Positions 10,178-19,290 of a DNA stretch of 64,000 nt are shown here, in pieces. The position numbers and the translations under genes are program-made. The notes beneath the pieces were generated by a model. The model was not told the origin of the DNA and made no database searches. It saw only the letters and a list, made by a program, of their open reading frames with translations. Source of the DNA: Candidatus Multivoradales bacterium (GTDB lineage Bacteria; Acidobacteriota; Thermoanaerobaculia; Multivoradales; Multivoraceae); the NCBI GenBank assembly GCA_965223325.1, contig CBDCWI010000001.1, positions 608,001-672,000 on the forward strand. The letters run 5' to 3'. The first letter of the stretch is position 1. Each line of letters opens with the position of its first letter.

Positions 10178-10207
10178 AAACTAGCAACATTTCCCCGCCG
10201 TGGTCAA
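10178..10207 (-). promoter_or_regulatory. sigma70-type promoter TTGACC-N18-TAGTTT with extended TG
   Basis: Minus strand ttgacc (10207-10202) ... tgc tagttt (10183-10178), about 40 nt upstream of the small ORF. Confidence 0.6.
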
Positions 10208-10226
10208 ATCACCAGCGGACACGGCG

Positions 10227-10934
10227 CTAGGCGTCTTCTTTGGCCAACTCGAGAAAGCGCTTGGCCATCCGCGGACCGGCGCCATCGTCTTCATGCTTGA
10301 AGAAGACGTAGGCCTCGCTCCACCCCTGCTCTCGGGCACGCCCGAGCCAACCGGTGAGTGCTTCGTCGTCGTAGTCAGCCCGTCGGAGGCGAAGGTACCC
10401 GAAGCTGGCCGTCGACAAGGTCGCGGGTGCCTCAGAATCCTCATTGTCGGCGACGCAAAGTGCGGCATCAGCGGCACGGAGGATCTCCGTGACCTCATCG
10501 TCGAACCACGACTCATGGCGAAACTCGAAAGCCGCCTTTGCGTTTCCCGGCAGCGACTCGACGAAGTTCTTCAAACGTTCGCTGTCTTTCTTCATGTTGG
10601 GTGGCAGCTGAAACAGGATGGGCCCGCGTCGCGCCTGCAGCACCGCAGAGACCTCGAGCAGGTAGTCGAGCGAGTCGTCGGTGCCTTTGAGGCGCTGAAA
10701 GTGGGTGATGCGCCGCGACGCCTTGAGCACGAAGCGAAAGTCTTTCGGCACCTCTTCGGCCCATCGTTCGAGCACCTCGGCTCTGGGCATGCGGTAGAAG
10801 GTGTTGTTGATCTCGACCGCCGGCAGCTCTCCGGCGTAAAAGGCGAGCATCTCGGCGTTCTTGATCTTCTCGGGGTAGAAGGGCCCCTTCCACTCTTTGT
10901 AGGAAAAGCCACTGGTACCAGCATGGACCTTCAT
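10227..10934 (-). CDS. DUF72 (YecE-like) protein
   Basis: 'GTSGFSYKEWKGPFYP', 'VEINNTFY', 'LFQLPP', 'EFRHESW', 'YLRLR'. Confidence 0.92.
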   Translation of the reverse strand: MKVHAGTSGFSYKEWKGPFYPEKIKNAEMLAFYAGELPAVEINNTFYRMPRAEVLERWAEEVPKDFRFVLKASRRITHFQRLKGTDDSLDYLLEVSAVLQARRGPILFQLPPNMKKDSERLKNFVESLPGNAKAAFEFRHESWFDDEVTEILRAADAALCVADNEDSEAPATLSTASFGYLRLRRADYDDEALTGWLGRAREQGWSEAYVFFKHEDDGAGPRMAKRFLELAKEDA

Positions 10935-11092
10935 GGAAATGCTCCTCTGCACACGAACGCTCCCTCGGAACTCCGCGAAGACGAGTACTCTCCGGACAGT
11001 TCTCTAGAGAACGGCGTACGCGACCGTTGCGCATGCTCGTTCGATTGTTTGCCGCTCATCATAGCCACCCGCAGAACCGCGAGAGGCCCTCC

Positions 11093-11914
11093 ATGAAGAT
11101 CGCCCTGATTCAACAACCCGCCTCGAACGATCGACAGGCGAACCGTGAGCGCGGCCTGGCTAACGTGAGGCGCGCAGCCGGAGCCGGAGCCGAAGTCATC
11201 TGCTTCGCCGAACTCGCCTTCGATCCCTTCTGGCCCCAGAAGCCCGCCGGACCGGGGGCACGCGATCTCGCCGAACCGATCCCGGGTGAGACCAGCGACG
11301 CCTTCGCCGGCCTGGCAGCCGAGCTCGGCGTCGTCCTGGTGCTCAACCTCTATGAGCAGAGCGGCGACCAGGCCTTTGACACCTCGCCGGTCCTCGACGC
11401 CGACGGCCGTCTCCTGGGCCGCACGCGCATGGTGCACATCACGGAGTACGAGGGGTTCCACGAACAGGGCTACTACGACCCAGGCGACACGGGCGTACCC
11501 GTCTACCAGACCCGCTTCGGCAGAATCGGCGTCGCCATCTGCTACGACCGCCACTACCCAGAAGTCATGCGAGGCCTGGCACTCGCCGGCGCCGAGGTGG
11601 TCTTCGTACCCCAGGCCGGCGCAGTCGGAGAGTGGCCCGACGGTCTCTTCGAAGCCGAAATGCAAGTCGCAGCCTTCCAGAACGGCTACTTCACCGCCCT
11701 GACCAACCGAGTCGGGAAAGAAGAGGTGCTCGACTTCGTCGGCGCGTCGTTCGTGTGCGCACCCGACGGACGCGTAGTAGCCCAGGCCGCAGCCGGCGAA
11801 GAAGACATTCTGATCGCCGATCTGGATCTGTCGGAGGTCGAGCGCTCGCACGCGCGCAAGCTCTTTCTGCGAGACCGCCGTGCTGCACTCTATGCGGACT
11901 GGCTGACTGGCTAG
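11093..11914 (+). CDS. Carbon-nitrogen hydrolase (N-carbamoylputrescine amidase/beta-ureidopropionase-like)
   Basis: 'CFAEL', 'ICYDRHYPE' nucleophile motif, 'NRVGKE', 'GASF'. The catalytic Lys position reads 'RM.H' rather than 'RK.H'. Confidence 0.85.
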   Translation: MKIALIQQPASNDRQANRERGLANVRRAAGAGAEVICFAELAFDPFWPQKPAGPGARDLAEPIPGETSDAFAGLAAELGVVLVLNLYEQSGDQAFDTSPVLDADGRLLGRTRMVHITEYEGFHEQGYYDPGDTGVPVYQTRFGRIGVAICYDRHYPEVMRGLALAGAEVVFVPQAGAVGEWPDGLFEAEMQVAAFQNGYFTALTNRVGKEEVLDFVGASFVCAPDGRVVAQAAAGEEDILIADLDLSEVERSHARKLFLRDRRAALYADWLTG

Positions 11915-11951
11915 ATCGGGACGCTGGAGGACCGGCGAGTCGACTCTCTCG

Positions 11952-12648
11952 AGATCGAACCGCAGTGCCCGCCTCAAGCGGTGGGGCTCGATCTCTGTCC
12001 TTGCCGCTTTCTGTCTTGGTGGGCCTGTGGTGCTTTCGTTTCTGTCGTGGTTGTCGGGAGGTCTGGGGTGAGGTCGCCGTGGGGGCAATGGTGACGGTGA
12101 GGACCGTGGCCCCTGCGGGGGCCACGGCGGTTGGGGCGTGTGCCCTGTGGAAGATCGGCGGGAGCCTGCCTCTCTTTGTTTGTCGAGCCAACGCGGCCCT
12201 TCCTGTGGGCCCTCGGTAGCTTTCCCGAGTCGGCAGGACATCCTTCGGTCCCTCCTCGGCTACCACCACCCCCCGTCCTCAGCGAGATCCCTGCCCGCAT
12301 AGATGCCGCGGCCCCCTTCCCAAGCCATTGGCCCAGTCATGGAGGTAGCGCGGAGTGCGAGCGGGCGCATGGGCGACGCTCCAGGGCTCTCTCGACGGCC
12401 GCACTGGCGCCTCCACCGCAGGCGAGCAACGGCTAGCGGCTCGTCGAGCGAAGGCGGCGCCATCCACCGCAGTCTGAAGAAGCGTCGCCGTGCCCTGGAG
12501 CGTCGCCCATGCGCCCGCTCGCACGCCAGTCCCGCCCCAACACTCCCGGCAACCAAGAACTACAACAACACCAACGTCGGCCCAAGAACCAAGCGACAAG
12601 GACAGAGATCGAGCCCCACCGCTTCAGGCGAGCACCGCGATTCGACCT
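11952..12648. repeat. Intergenic element with nested inverted repeats (REP/MITE-like)
   Basis: Outer IR 11952-12009 vs 12591-12648 (58 nt, 6 mismatches); inner perfect 33-nt IR 12355-12387 vs 12492-12524. Confidence 0.8.
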
Positions 12649-12688
12649 GTCGTGGGTCGAAACGCCGGGGGACCGACTCCTACTGCTC

Positions 12689-14413
12689 CTACTGCTCGAG
12701 GAAAGGCTTCAAACGTGACGCCCAGTTCTGGTGGCGCAGCTTGCGAAGCGCCTTGGACTCGATCTGGCGGATGCGTTCGCGGGTGACGTTGAACGACTTG
12801 CCCACCTCTTCGAGAGTGTGCTCCGTGCCCTCGCCGACGCCGAAGCGCATGCGCAGTACCAGCTCCTCGCGGGGCGTGAGCGAGCGCAGCACCTCGGAGG
12901 TCTGGTCCTTGAGGCTGTTCGACATCAGAGCTTCCATTGGCGAGGTGGCGTTTTTGTCCTCGATGAAGTCGCCGAGACTCGACTCTTCGTCTTCGCCAAC
13001 CGGTGTCTCCAGCGAGATCGGTGCTTGCGCGATCTTCATGATCTTGCGCACCTTGGAGGCTGGCAAGTCCATGTGCGCCCCGATCTCTTCGGGAGTCGGC
13101 TCGCGACCGAGTTCCTGTACTAGCGAACGGCTGGTACGGGTGAGCTTGTTGATGTTCTCGATCATGTGCACCGGGATCCGGATGGTGCGCGACTGATCGG
13201 CAATCGCACGCGCCACCGCCTGGCGAATCCACCAGGTGGCATAGGTCGAGAACTTGTAGCCGCGGCGGTACTCGAACTTCTCGACCGCCTTCATCAGGCC
13301 GATGTTGCCTTCCTGAATCAAGTCGAGGAACTGCAACCCCCGGTTGGTGTACTTCTTGGCGATCGAAACCACCAGGCGAAGATTCGCCGTGATCAGTTTC
13401 TCCTTGGCACGCTCGACCAACGCTTCACCCTGACGAAGGCGCTTGACCGTCGCCTGGAGCTCGCCCTGACTCGCGCCGGTCCTCTCCTCGAGCTCACGCA
13501 ACGCAGTGCGCCGCTTCTGGATACGCCGGCGGTGCAGCGACTGGAGCTCCTTGTTGCCCTCGTTCTTGAGAGCCACCTGAGCGCGCTGAATCTCACGATC
13601 GATCGTGCGAAATTGGCGATCGAGCTCCTTGAGCAAGTCGACGATGCGGTTGCGAGTCTGGTTATCGGGCGCCTTATCGGCCGTCTCCTTGGCGACCCGG
13701 GCCGACACACGATCGATTTCGCGACCGACCTCGTGGAAGCGGTCGCCCTTCTCCGAGTAGCGTGACTGCTTCTTGCGCAGGCGGGCGAGCTCGGCGTCTG
13801 CCTTGATCACCTTCTCGAAGAACGACAGGTTGTCGCGGCACACCTTGGTGCCCTTCTCGGTGAGCTCGACGCCGGCAACCTCGAAGAGACGTCGCGGCTG
13901 CCAAGGGCGGTTGCCGTTGGCGACCACCAGCGGAATGATCTGCGCCAGCAGTTCGCGCTGCTCGGCGAGCGCCTGGAAAATCACCCAGTCGCCCTCCTCG
14001 ATCTCCTGCGCGATTTCGACCTCGCCGTCGCGATCGAGCAGCGGCACGACGCTCATCTCGCGCAGGTACATGCGCACCGGATCCGAGGTCGAGCCCGGCT
14101 CGGTAGGCGTAAAGACCGGCGACGGTCCATCCTCGTCGGGCTTCTCGACGTCGATCGCGGTCTTGGCGGCCTCTGGAACGTGCTGGTAGAGCGCCGGGCG
14201 ATCGATCACCTCGATGTTGAGCTCATCGAGACGCTCGGCGACGTTCTCGAGTTCCTCAGCGAGAACGTCGGTGGGCAGCAGGTCACAGATCTCGTCGAAG
14301 AGCACGTAGGCCTTCGAGCGCCCGAGCTCGACGAGCTGACGAACGGACGTAATGCGTTTCTCGATCGGTGGCGGGGTCTTCTTCTTGGCGGCGGCTGTCG
14401 CGGTGGCTGGCAC
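12689..14413 (-). CDS. rpoD: RpoD-like sigma-70 factor (probable paralogue)
   Basis: Regions 1.1, 1.2 '[10 protein letters not shown]', 2 '[25 protein letters not shown]', 4 '[16 protein letters not shown]'. SD AGGAG before GTG. Confidence 0.85.
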   Translation of the reverse strand: MPATATAAAKKKTPPPIEKRITSVRQLVELGRSKAYVLFDEICDLLPTDVLAEELENVAERLDELNIEVIDRPALYQHVPEAAKTAIDVEKPDEDGPSPVFTPTEPGSTSDPVRMYLREMSVVPLLDRDGEVEIAQEIEEGDWVIFQALAEQRELLAQIIPLVVANGNRPWQPRRLFEVAGVELTEKGTKVCRDNLSFFEKVIKADAELARLRKKQSRYSEKGDRFHEVGREIDRVSARVAKETADKAPDNQTRNRIVDLLKELDRQFRTIDREIQRAQVALKNEGNKELQSLHRRRIQKRRTALRELEERTGASQGELQATVKRLRQGEALVERAKEKLITANLRLVVSIAKKYTNRGLQFLDLIQEGNIGLMKAVEKFEYRRGYKFSTYATWWIRQAVARAIADQSRTIRIPVHMIENINKLTRTSRSLVQELGREPTPEEIGAHMDLPASKVRKIMKIAQAPISLETPVGEDEESSLGDFIEDKNATSPMEALMSNSLKDQTSEVLRSLTPREELVLRMRFGVGEGTEHTLEEVGKSFNVTRERIRQIESKALRKLRHQNWASRLKPFLEQ

Positions 14414-14951
14414 GGAGGGTCTCCTGGGCGTGTGGGGCCGGTTCCTTGGGGGTGCGGGTCGGTGGTCTCGAGGTGGGAAGATCTTCGGGTTTCGGTGCTC
14501 GCGTGTTCGGGAGCGGTACGACTTGCTGGTGACCCTTTGATGAGACTGTCTATGTAATGACGCTCGGGCGGCTCAGAAGTCACACACTTCTGTCATGCTT
14601 CGGCAACTCCTGGCATCGGAGTGAGCGTTTCGTGAACGGAACGCACCCTGACCGCGCAGAAAGGAACGAAGCAGATCCTGAAAAGAGGGACGGAAAGAGA
14701 ACCGAAGAACTCGGAGTGTGCAACCACCAGGGCCGGTGGTCGCGGGGTGTGACGTGCAGGCTCAGACCCTGCCGAGAACACTGCCGATGACTGGCATAGC
14801 CAATGACCGGGCGCTAGGCTGAATTGGAGCTGAGCTGAATTGGAAACGAGTGTTCCAGAAGATTTTGAGAATCTGATCGAAACGACGGTTCCTGTCCCGC
14901 ACTGTCAGAAGGCTACCACGGCTGTCAAGCCCTGTCTTCTAAACTCTTTGT

Positions 14952-14964
14952 TTTCAGTTACTTA
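14952..14964 (+). promoter_or_regulatory. IHF-site-like sequence in AT-rich patch
   Basis: tttcagttactta is one mismatch from WATCARNNNNTTR. Confidence 0.35.
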
Positions 14965-15339
14965 ACCCCAGAGTGGTGATGCGACGGAAGGGCCGAACGC
15001 GCAGGCTCACCGAATCGACCAAGCTTTCTACGGAACATTCGACTCCTTGGGACCAAGTAGCCGACAGCACAGCCGCTCACTACCGTGGTGCCCTTGCTAC
15101 GATGCAATCCCGTTCTTGATTCAGCTTCGCCACCGCCTTCGAGGGTTCAGGGGAACGGACGTTGAGCCCTAGGAGGAGCCTTCGAGCGCAGCACACCGTT
15201 CCCAACCGCCTTGGCGCCCTATTCATTCCCGCCTTCGCCGAATACCCACCGGGCCAGCGCCGCTGGCACTCCCTCCGCTTCCTGCTCCTCTCCCCCCGGG
15301 GCCATACCGCATCGTCGTACCGTCTCTGAACCGCAACTG

Positions 15340-16830
15340 ATGAAACTCCGCGCCTTCGTTCTAGCCCTCGCGCCGGCCGCTCTCTTGCTACCGGCGGAGC
15401 TCGGTGCCGGTGCCGGTGACGATGCCGCAGTGCGCCGCGCCCATCACGACCTTCTGCTGGCGGTCCAAGACCAGGTGGTGCCGGTCACAGGAAGCCCGGC
15501 TCTCTGCGAGGCCCTGGGAGTCGTCTCCGGTGCGGACCTGGCGGCCATTCCCACCGAGCCTGGCGGCATCGACCTCGAGGCCTTCGCCGACCAGCCTCCG
15601 GGAAGACAACCCGACGCCGCGAGTGGCGCGGGCGCTACTGCGGCACGCGGCCCGGTCGACCTCGCCGGGGAGCGCCGAGAACAGAACCGACTGACCAGAC
15701 ACTACTTCGGTGCCGGTGCTTGCCAGCTGCAGTATCCCGTCGAGATCGACACCCTGGTGACTCGCGCGACAACTGCACTCGCCGCCGAGATCAGCAACGA
15801 ACCCGAGGCCCGGCGCACCCTGGCCCAGCGCCTGGCGAAAGCCACGGCGGCGGTGGTCGCCAACGAGCCGCAGGCGACCGACCTTCAGTCTCGACTGACC
15901 CTGCAGAGCCTCGCCTGGGAGATCGGGCTGCCCCTCTGGCGGGCCTCGCAAGCAGCACCACCGGCGTCCACCAACGACGGGGCGCCTGGGCTCCGCGACC
16001 TCTCTTGCCATGCCTGGAACCTGGCCCGTCAGGCGGCCCTCTCATCCGAGCAGGTCGCGCTGGTCGGCAGCAACTCGCTGGCAAAGCTCCGAGGAGATGC
16101 TCCCCAAGATCTCGAACCAGTGATCAGCAACGTACAGGCGGCACTCACCGGCGAAGCCACGACGCTCCCGGTGCGCGAGGTCACCCCACCCTCAGACTCG
16201 CATGCCGACGCTCTGCTCGGGCGCTTCGCCGTGCGCATCTTCCTCACCGCCGAAACCCCCGCCGGTGCCAAAGCGTTGAGCGAGTTTCTCGACAAGACCC
16301 CCTTCTTGCGCCTCGGGCGCATGCCCCTGTTTCTCGACGACGTCAAAGCGATCCTGCTCCTCTACGTCAATGCTCTGGCCATCGATAACGAGGGCAACCC
16401 GAAGATCGAGCCCAGCAACCTGGTGGCGTTCTGGCAGCAGTACGACTTCAGTAAGCGCGTGACGCTTTCTCGCCCCGATCTACCGCAGGCCGAGAAAGCG
16501 GTCACCTTCCACACGGTACGGGCCGCCATTGAGCCCATGGACGGCAGCTTGCACTATCTAGAAGCCGACCAGAACGGAATCGCCCACAAGTCGTTTGTCG
16601 AGGCGATGCCGCCGACCGGGTCTCCGGTGACCGTTCGCCGGGGTGTTTGCATGCGCTGCCACTCGAAGGTCGTCGAGACGTTCCATCCCGGTTTCGAGCG
16701 CGAAGTCGAGCTGCCACTGGCCGGTCCACGCGGGGGCCGTGAGCTCCTGACCAGCTTCTATCGCGAGGTCATCGAGCAGGACCTGGCGAGCTGGGCGAAG
16801 GCCTGCGCGGGGTCCTCGCCGAGTCCCTGA
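15340..16830 (+). CDS. Secreted hypothetical protein with C-terminal CxxCH
   Basis: Signal peptide MKLRAFVLALAPAALLL; 'CMRCH' near the C-terminus. Confidence 0.7.
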   Translation: MKLRAFVLALAPAALLLPAELGAGAGDDAAVRRAHHDLLLAVQDQVVPVTGSPALCEALGVVSGADLAAIPTEPGGIDLEAFADQPPGRQPDAASGAGATAARGPVDLAGERREQNRLTRHYFGAGACQLQYPVEIDTLVTRATTALAAEISNEPEARRTLAQRLAKATAAVVANEPQATDLQSRLTLQSLAWEIGLPLWRASQAAPPASTNDGAPGLRDLSCHAWNLARQAALSSEQVALVGSNSLAKLRGDAPQDLEPVISNVQAALTGEATTLPVREVTPPSDSHADALLGRFAVRIFLTAETPAGAKALSEFLDKTPFLRLGRMPLFLDDVKAILLLYVNALAIDNEGNPKIEPSNLVAFWQQYDFSKRVTLSRPDLPQAEKAVTFHTVRAAIEPMDGSLHYLEADQNGIAHKSFVEAMPPTGSPVTVRRGVCMRCHSKVVETFHPGFEREVELPLAGPRGGRELLTSFYREVIEQDLASWAKACAGSSPSP

Positions 16831-16876
16831 GAGGGCCGAGACGGAGGGCGAGCCGGCTGCTACCATCGGGGGTTCA

Positions 16877-17263
16877 ATGAAAGGCCAAGTCAAGTGCGTT
16901 GTCGACGCGACCCTTCCCCTGGAAGTCTTTTGGGATTGGATCCAGAACCACCCGAACTGCATCCTGCGTGTCGGCCATCCCCTGACCGTGCTCTACGACG
17001 ACGACGACCTGCACTGGTGTTTCGGCGAAGAGGGTGAGTTCTTGTTGGTCCAGCAGGTGCGCGGCAAGCGTCTCTACGGCGAGCTTCTGGTGGTGCGCGA
17101 CGACGTTTCCTACGTGCAGGGAGTGGCCGGTGATCGCGAAGGCGAGTTCATCTTCGACCTCGTGCAGGAGAACGAGTCTGGCCAGTCGATGGCCGGCTTC
17201 TTCGTCCTCTGCCACGGCTTCGAGGACGACGAGGACCCGAACCACACTCGCGTCGTGCACTGA
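16877..17263 (+). CDS. Hypothetical protein
   Basis: Typical GC3-rich coding frame; TGcTACCAT upstream. Confidence 0.7.
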   Translation: MKGQVKCVVDATLPLEVFWDWIQNHPNCILRVGHPLTVLYDDDDLHWCFGEEGEFLLVQQVRGKRLYGELLVVRDDVSYVQGVAGDREGEFIFDLVQENESGQSMAGFFVLCHGFEDDEDPNHTRVVH

Positions 17264-17276
17264 TTCGGAGCGTGGT

Positions 17277-17837
17277 TTGCGCCACGGACGTGTCACCGCA
17301 GTTCCTGGGGACCTCACCGAGCAGTCGGTCGATGCGATCGTCAATGCCGCCAACGAGCGCCTGTTGGGAGGCGGTGGAGTCGACGGAGCGATTCATCGTG
17401 CGGCCGGCCCGAAGCTGCTCCTAGCTTGCCGCGAGATTCCTGAGGTAAGGCCCGGCGTGCGCTGCCCCACCGGCGAGGCACGCGCAACGCCCGCCTTCGA
17501 TCTCCCAGCGCGTTGGGTGATCCATACCGTTGGACCGGTCTATGACGGCAGTCCCGACTGCCCGCGCCTCTTACGCGCTGCCTACGACAGTTCGCTCACC
17601 CTGGCCACCGAGCTCGGTGCGCGCACCATCGCCTTTCCGGCGATCTCCTGCGGCGTCTATCGGTACCCGCTGGGCGAAGCAGCACAAATCGCGGTCGAGG
17701 CTGCCCGAGCGAGCGAAGGTTTCGAGGAGATCCGCTTCGTCCTCTTCGGCCACGCGGCGCTCGTGGCCTGGAGGGCCGTGCTCCAGGGGAAGTGCTCCGG
17801 GAAAGGCTCGACTCCTACGCCTGGGAACGTTCGGTGA
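17277..17837 (+). CDS. Macrodomain protein (O-acetyl-ADP-ribose deacetylase, YmdB-like)
   Basis: 'GDLT..VDAIVNAAN..GGGGVDGAIH', 'IHTVGP', 'FPAISCGVY'. TTG start after GGAG is inferred. Confidence 0.9.
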   Translation: MRHGRVTAVPGDLTEQSVDAIVNAANERLLGGGGVDGAIHRAAGPKLLLACREIPEVRPGVRCPTGEARATPAFDLPARWVIHTVGPVYDGSPDCPRLLRAAYDSSLTLATELGARTIAFPAISCGVYRYPLGEAAQIAVEAARASEGFEEIRFVLFGHAALVAWRAVLQGKCSGKGSTPTPGNVR

Positions 17838-19179
17838 TTTCTTCGGTAAGCGCCGCCAGACGATCGCCCAAGCGCACTTCGAAGCTCTCGCTCGCGGCTT
17901 CGAGGGCTCGAATGCGGGCCGGCAAACGACTGCGCTCAGATTCACACCAGGCGCGGTCCGCTGCCAGATCGGGCTCGGCGAACCGTCCCACTGGCTTACC
18001 GCCCGCCACCGCAGCTTCGAGCAACGGCACAACGGGAGCCTCTGGCTTCTCTGTTGCCAGCGTCAACCAGTCACACACCGCTTCGCCGTCGGACGCCTGA
18101 CGCCAGACCTGTTTGGGCCCGGGCAAAGAGCGCTTGCCAACCGCCGTTTTCATCCGCCCGCGCCCTTCGTACTCGACCAGCTTGTAGACCGTATCGAGTG
18201 AAGGTGCGTCGCGCGAGACGCCCATGAAGGTGCCGGTGCCGAAGGCATCGATGGGCACTTCGGCATTCACCAGTCGCGCGATTGAAAACTCGTCGAGGCC
18301 TCCGCTCGCAACAATCTTGACCTGTGTGAGCCCGGCTTCATCGAAGCGCGCTCGTGCTTGCCGCGCCAGCTCGCCAAGATCGCCGGAGTCGAGCCTTATC
18401 GCCGCGACGTCGAAGGCGTCGCCAAGCTCCCGAGCCAGTTCGATCACCCGCGCGACCCCGGTCATCGTGTCCCACGTGTCGACCAGGAGAGTCGTTCCGG
18501 GATAAAGCGCCGCGAACTCACGAAACGCATCCTTTTCGTTGTCGAACGACTGCACGTAGCTGTGCGCCATCGTGCCGATGACGGGGATTCCATATCTGCG
18601 GCCAGCTTCGAGGTGACTTGTGGCGTCGACACCCGCGACATGAAACGCCCGCGCACCTTTGAGCGCAGCGTCGATCCCGTGCATGCGCCGGAGGGCAAAG
18701 TCGGCGACCCGTCGTCCTTTGGCGGCCTCGACAACCCGCGAAGCCTTCGACGCCAGAACGCTCGAAACGGTGATCTGGTTGAGGAGCAGCGTCTCGAGCA
18801 ACTGGCCGGTCGGGAGCGGCGCGGTGACCTCGAGAATCGGTTCCTCCGGAAAAACCGGAGTGCCTTCCGGAACCGCGCGCACCGACCCCGTGAAGCGAAA
18901 CTCCTCGAGCCAGCGCAAGAAGTGGTCGTCGAACAGGCCGAGTCCGGCGAGGTAGTCGAGCGCTTCGCGCTCGAAGCGCAGCGTTTCGAGCCGGGCGAGA
19001 ATCTCGCTCTGCCCACAGGCGAGAATGTAGTTGCGGTGCGGTGGCAGAGTGCGAAAGTAGAGCGAGAAGGTCGCCTCCCCCGTCTTCCCCGAGCGCACGT
19101 ACGCCTGTGCCATGGTGAGCTGATACTGGTCGGTGACCAGGGCCAGCTGATCGAAATGCGGTTCCGACACCCGTGACAT
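17815..19179 (-). CDS. pncB: Nicotinate phosphoribosyltransferase
   Basis: 'TDQYQLTM', 'DFALRR', 'GTMAHS', 'LVDTWD', 'RLDSGD', 'ASGGLDE', 'VYKLV'. Confidence 0.93.
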   Translation of the reverse strand: MSRVSEPHFDQLALVTDQYQLTMAQAYVRSGKTGEATFSLYFRTLPPHRNYILACGQSEILARLETLRFEREALDYLAGLGLFDDHFLRWLEEFRFTGSVRAVPEGTPVFPEEPILEVTAPLPTGQLLETLLLNQITVSSVLASKASRVVEAAKGRRVADFALRRMHGIDAALKGARAFHVAGVDATSHLEAGRRYGIPVIGTMAHSYVQSFDNEKDAFREFAALYPGTTLLVDTWDTMTGVARVIELARELGDAFDVAAIRLDSGDLGELARQARARFDEAGLTQVKIVASGGLDEFSIARLVNAEVPIDAFGTGTFMGVSRDAPSLDTVYKLVEYEGRGRMKTAVGKRSLPGPKQVWRQASDGEAVCDWLTLATEKPEAPVVPLLEAAVAGGKPVGRFAEPDLAADRAWCESERSRLPARIRALEAASESFEVRLGDRLAALTEEITERSQA

Positions 19180-19290
19180 CGATGCTCACTCCCTCGAAGG
19201 TCTCCAGCGCCCGGCGACCCTATCGTGAAGAAGGCCGGCTGCACCGCTCTAGCCGGCCAGAGCCAGAAGAGTTAACGCTGGGACCCGGCC

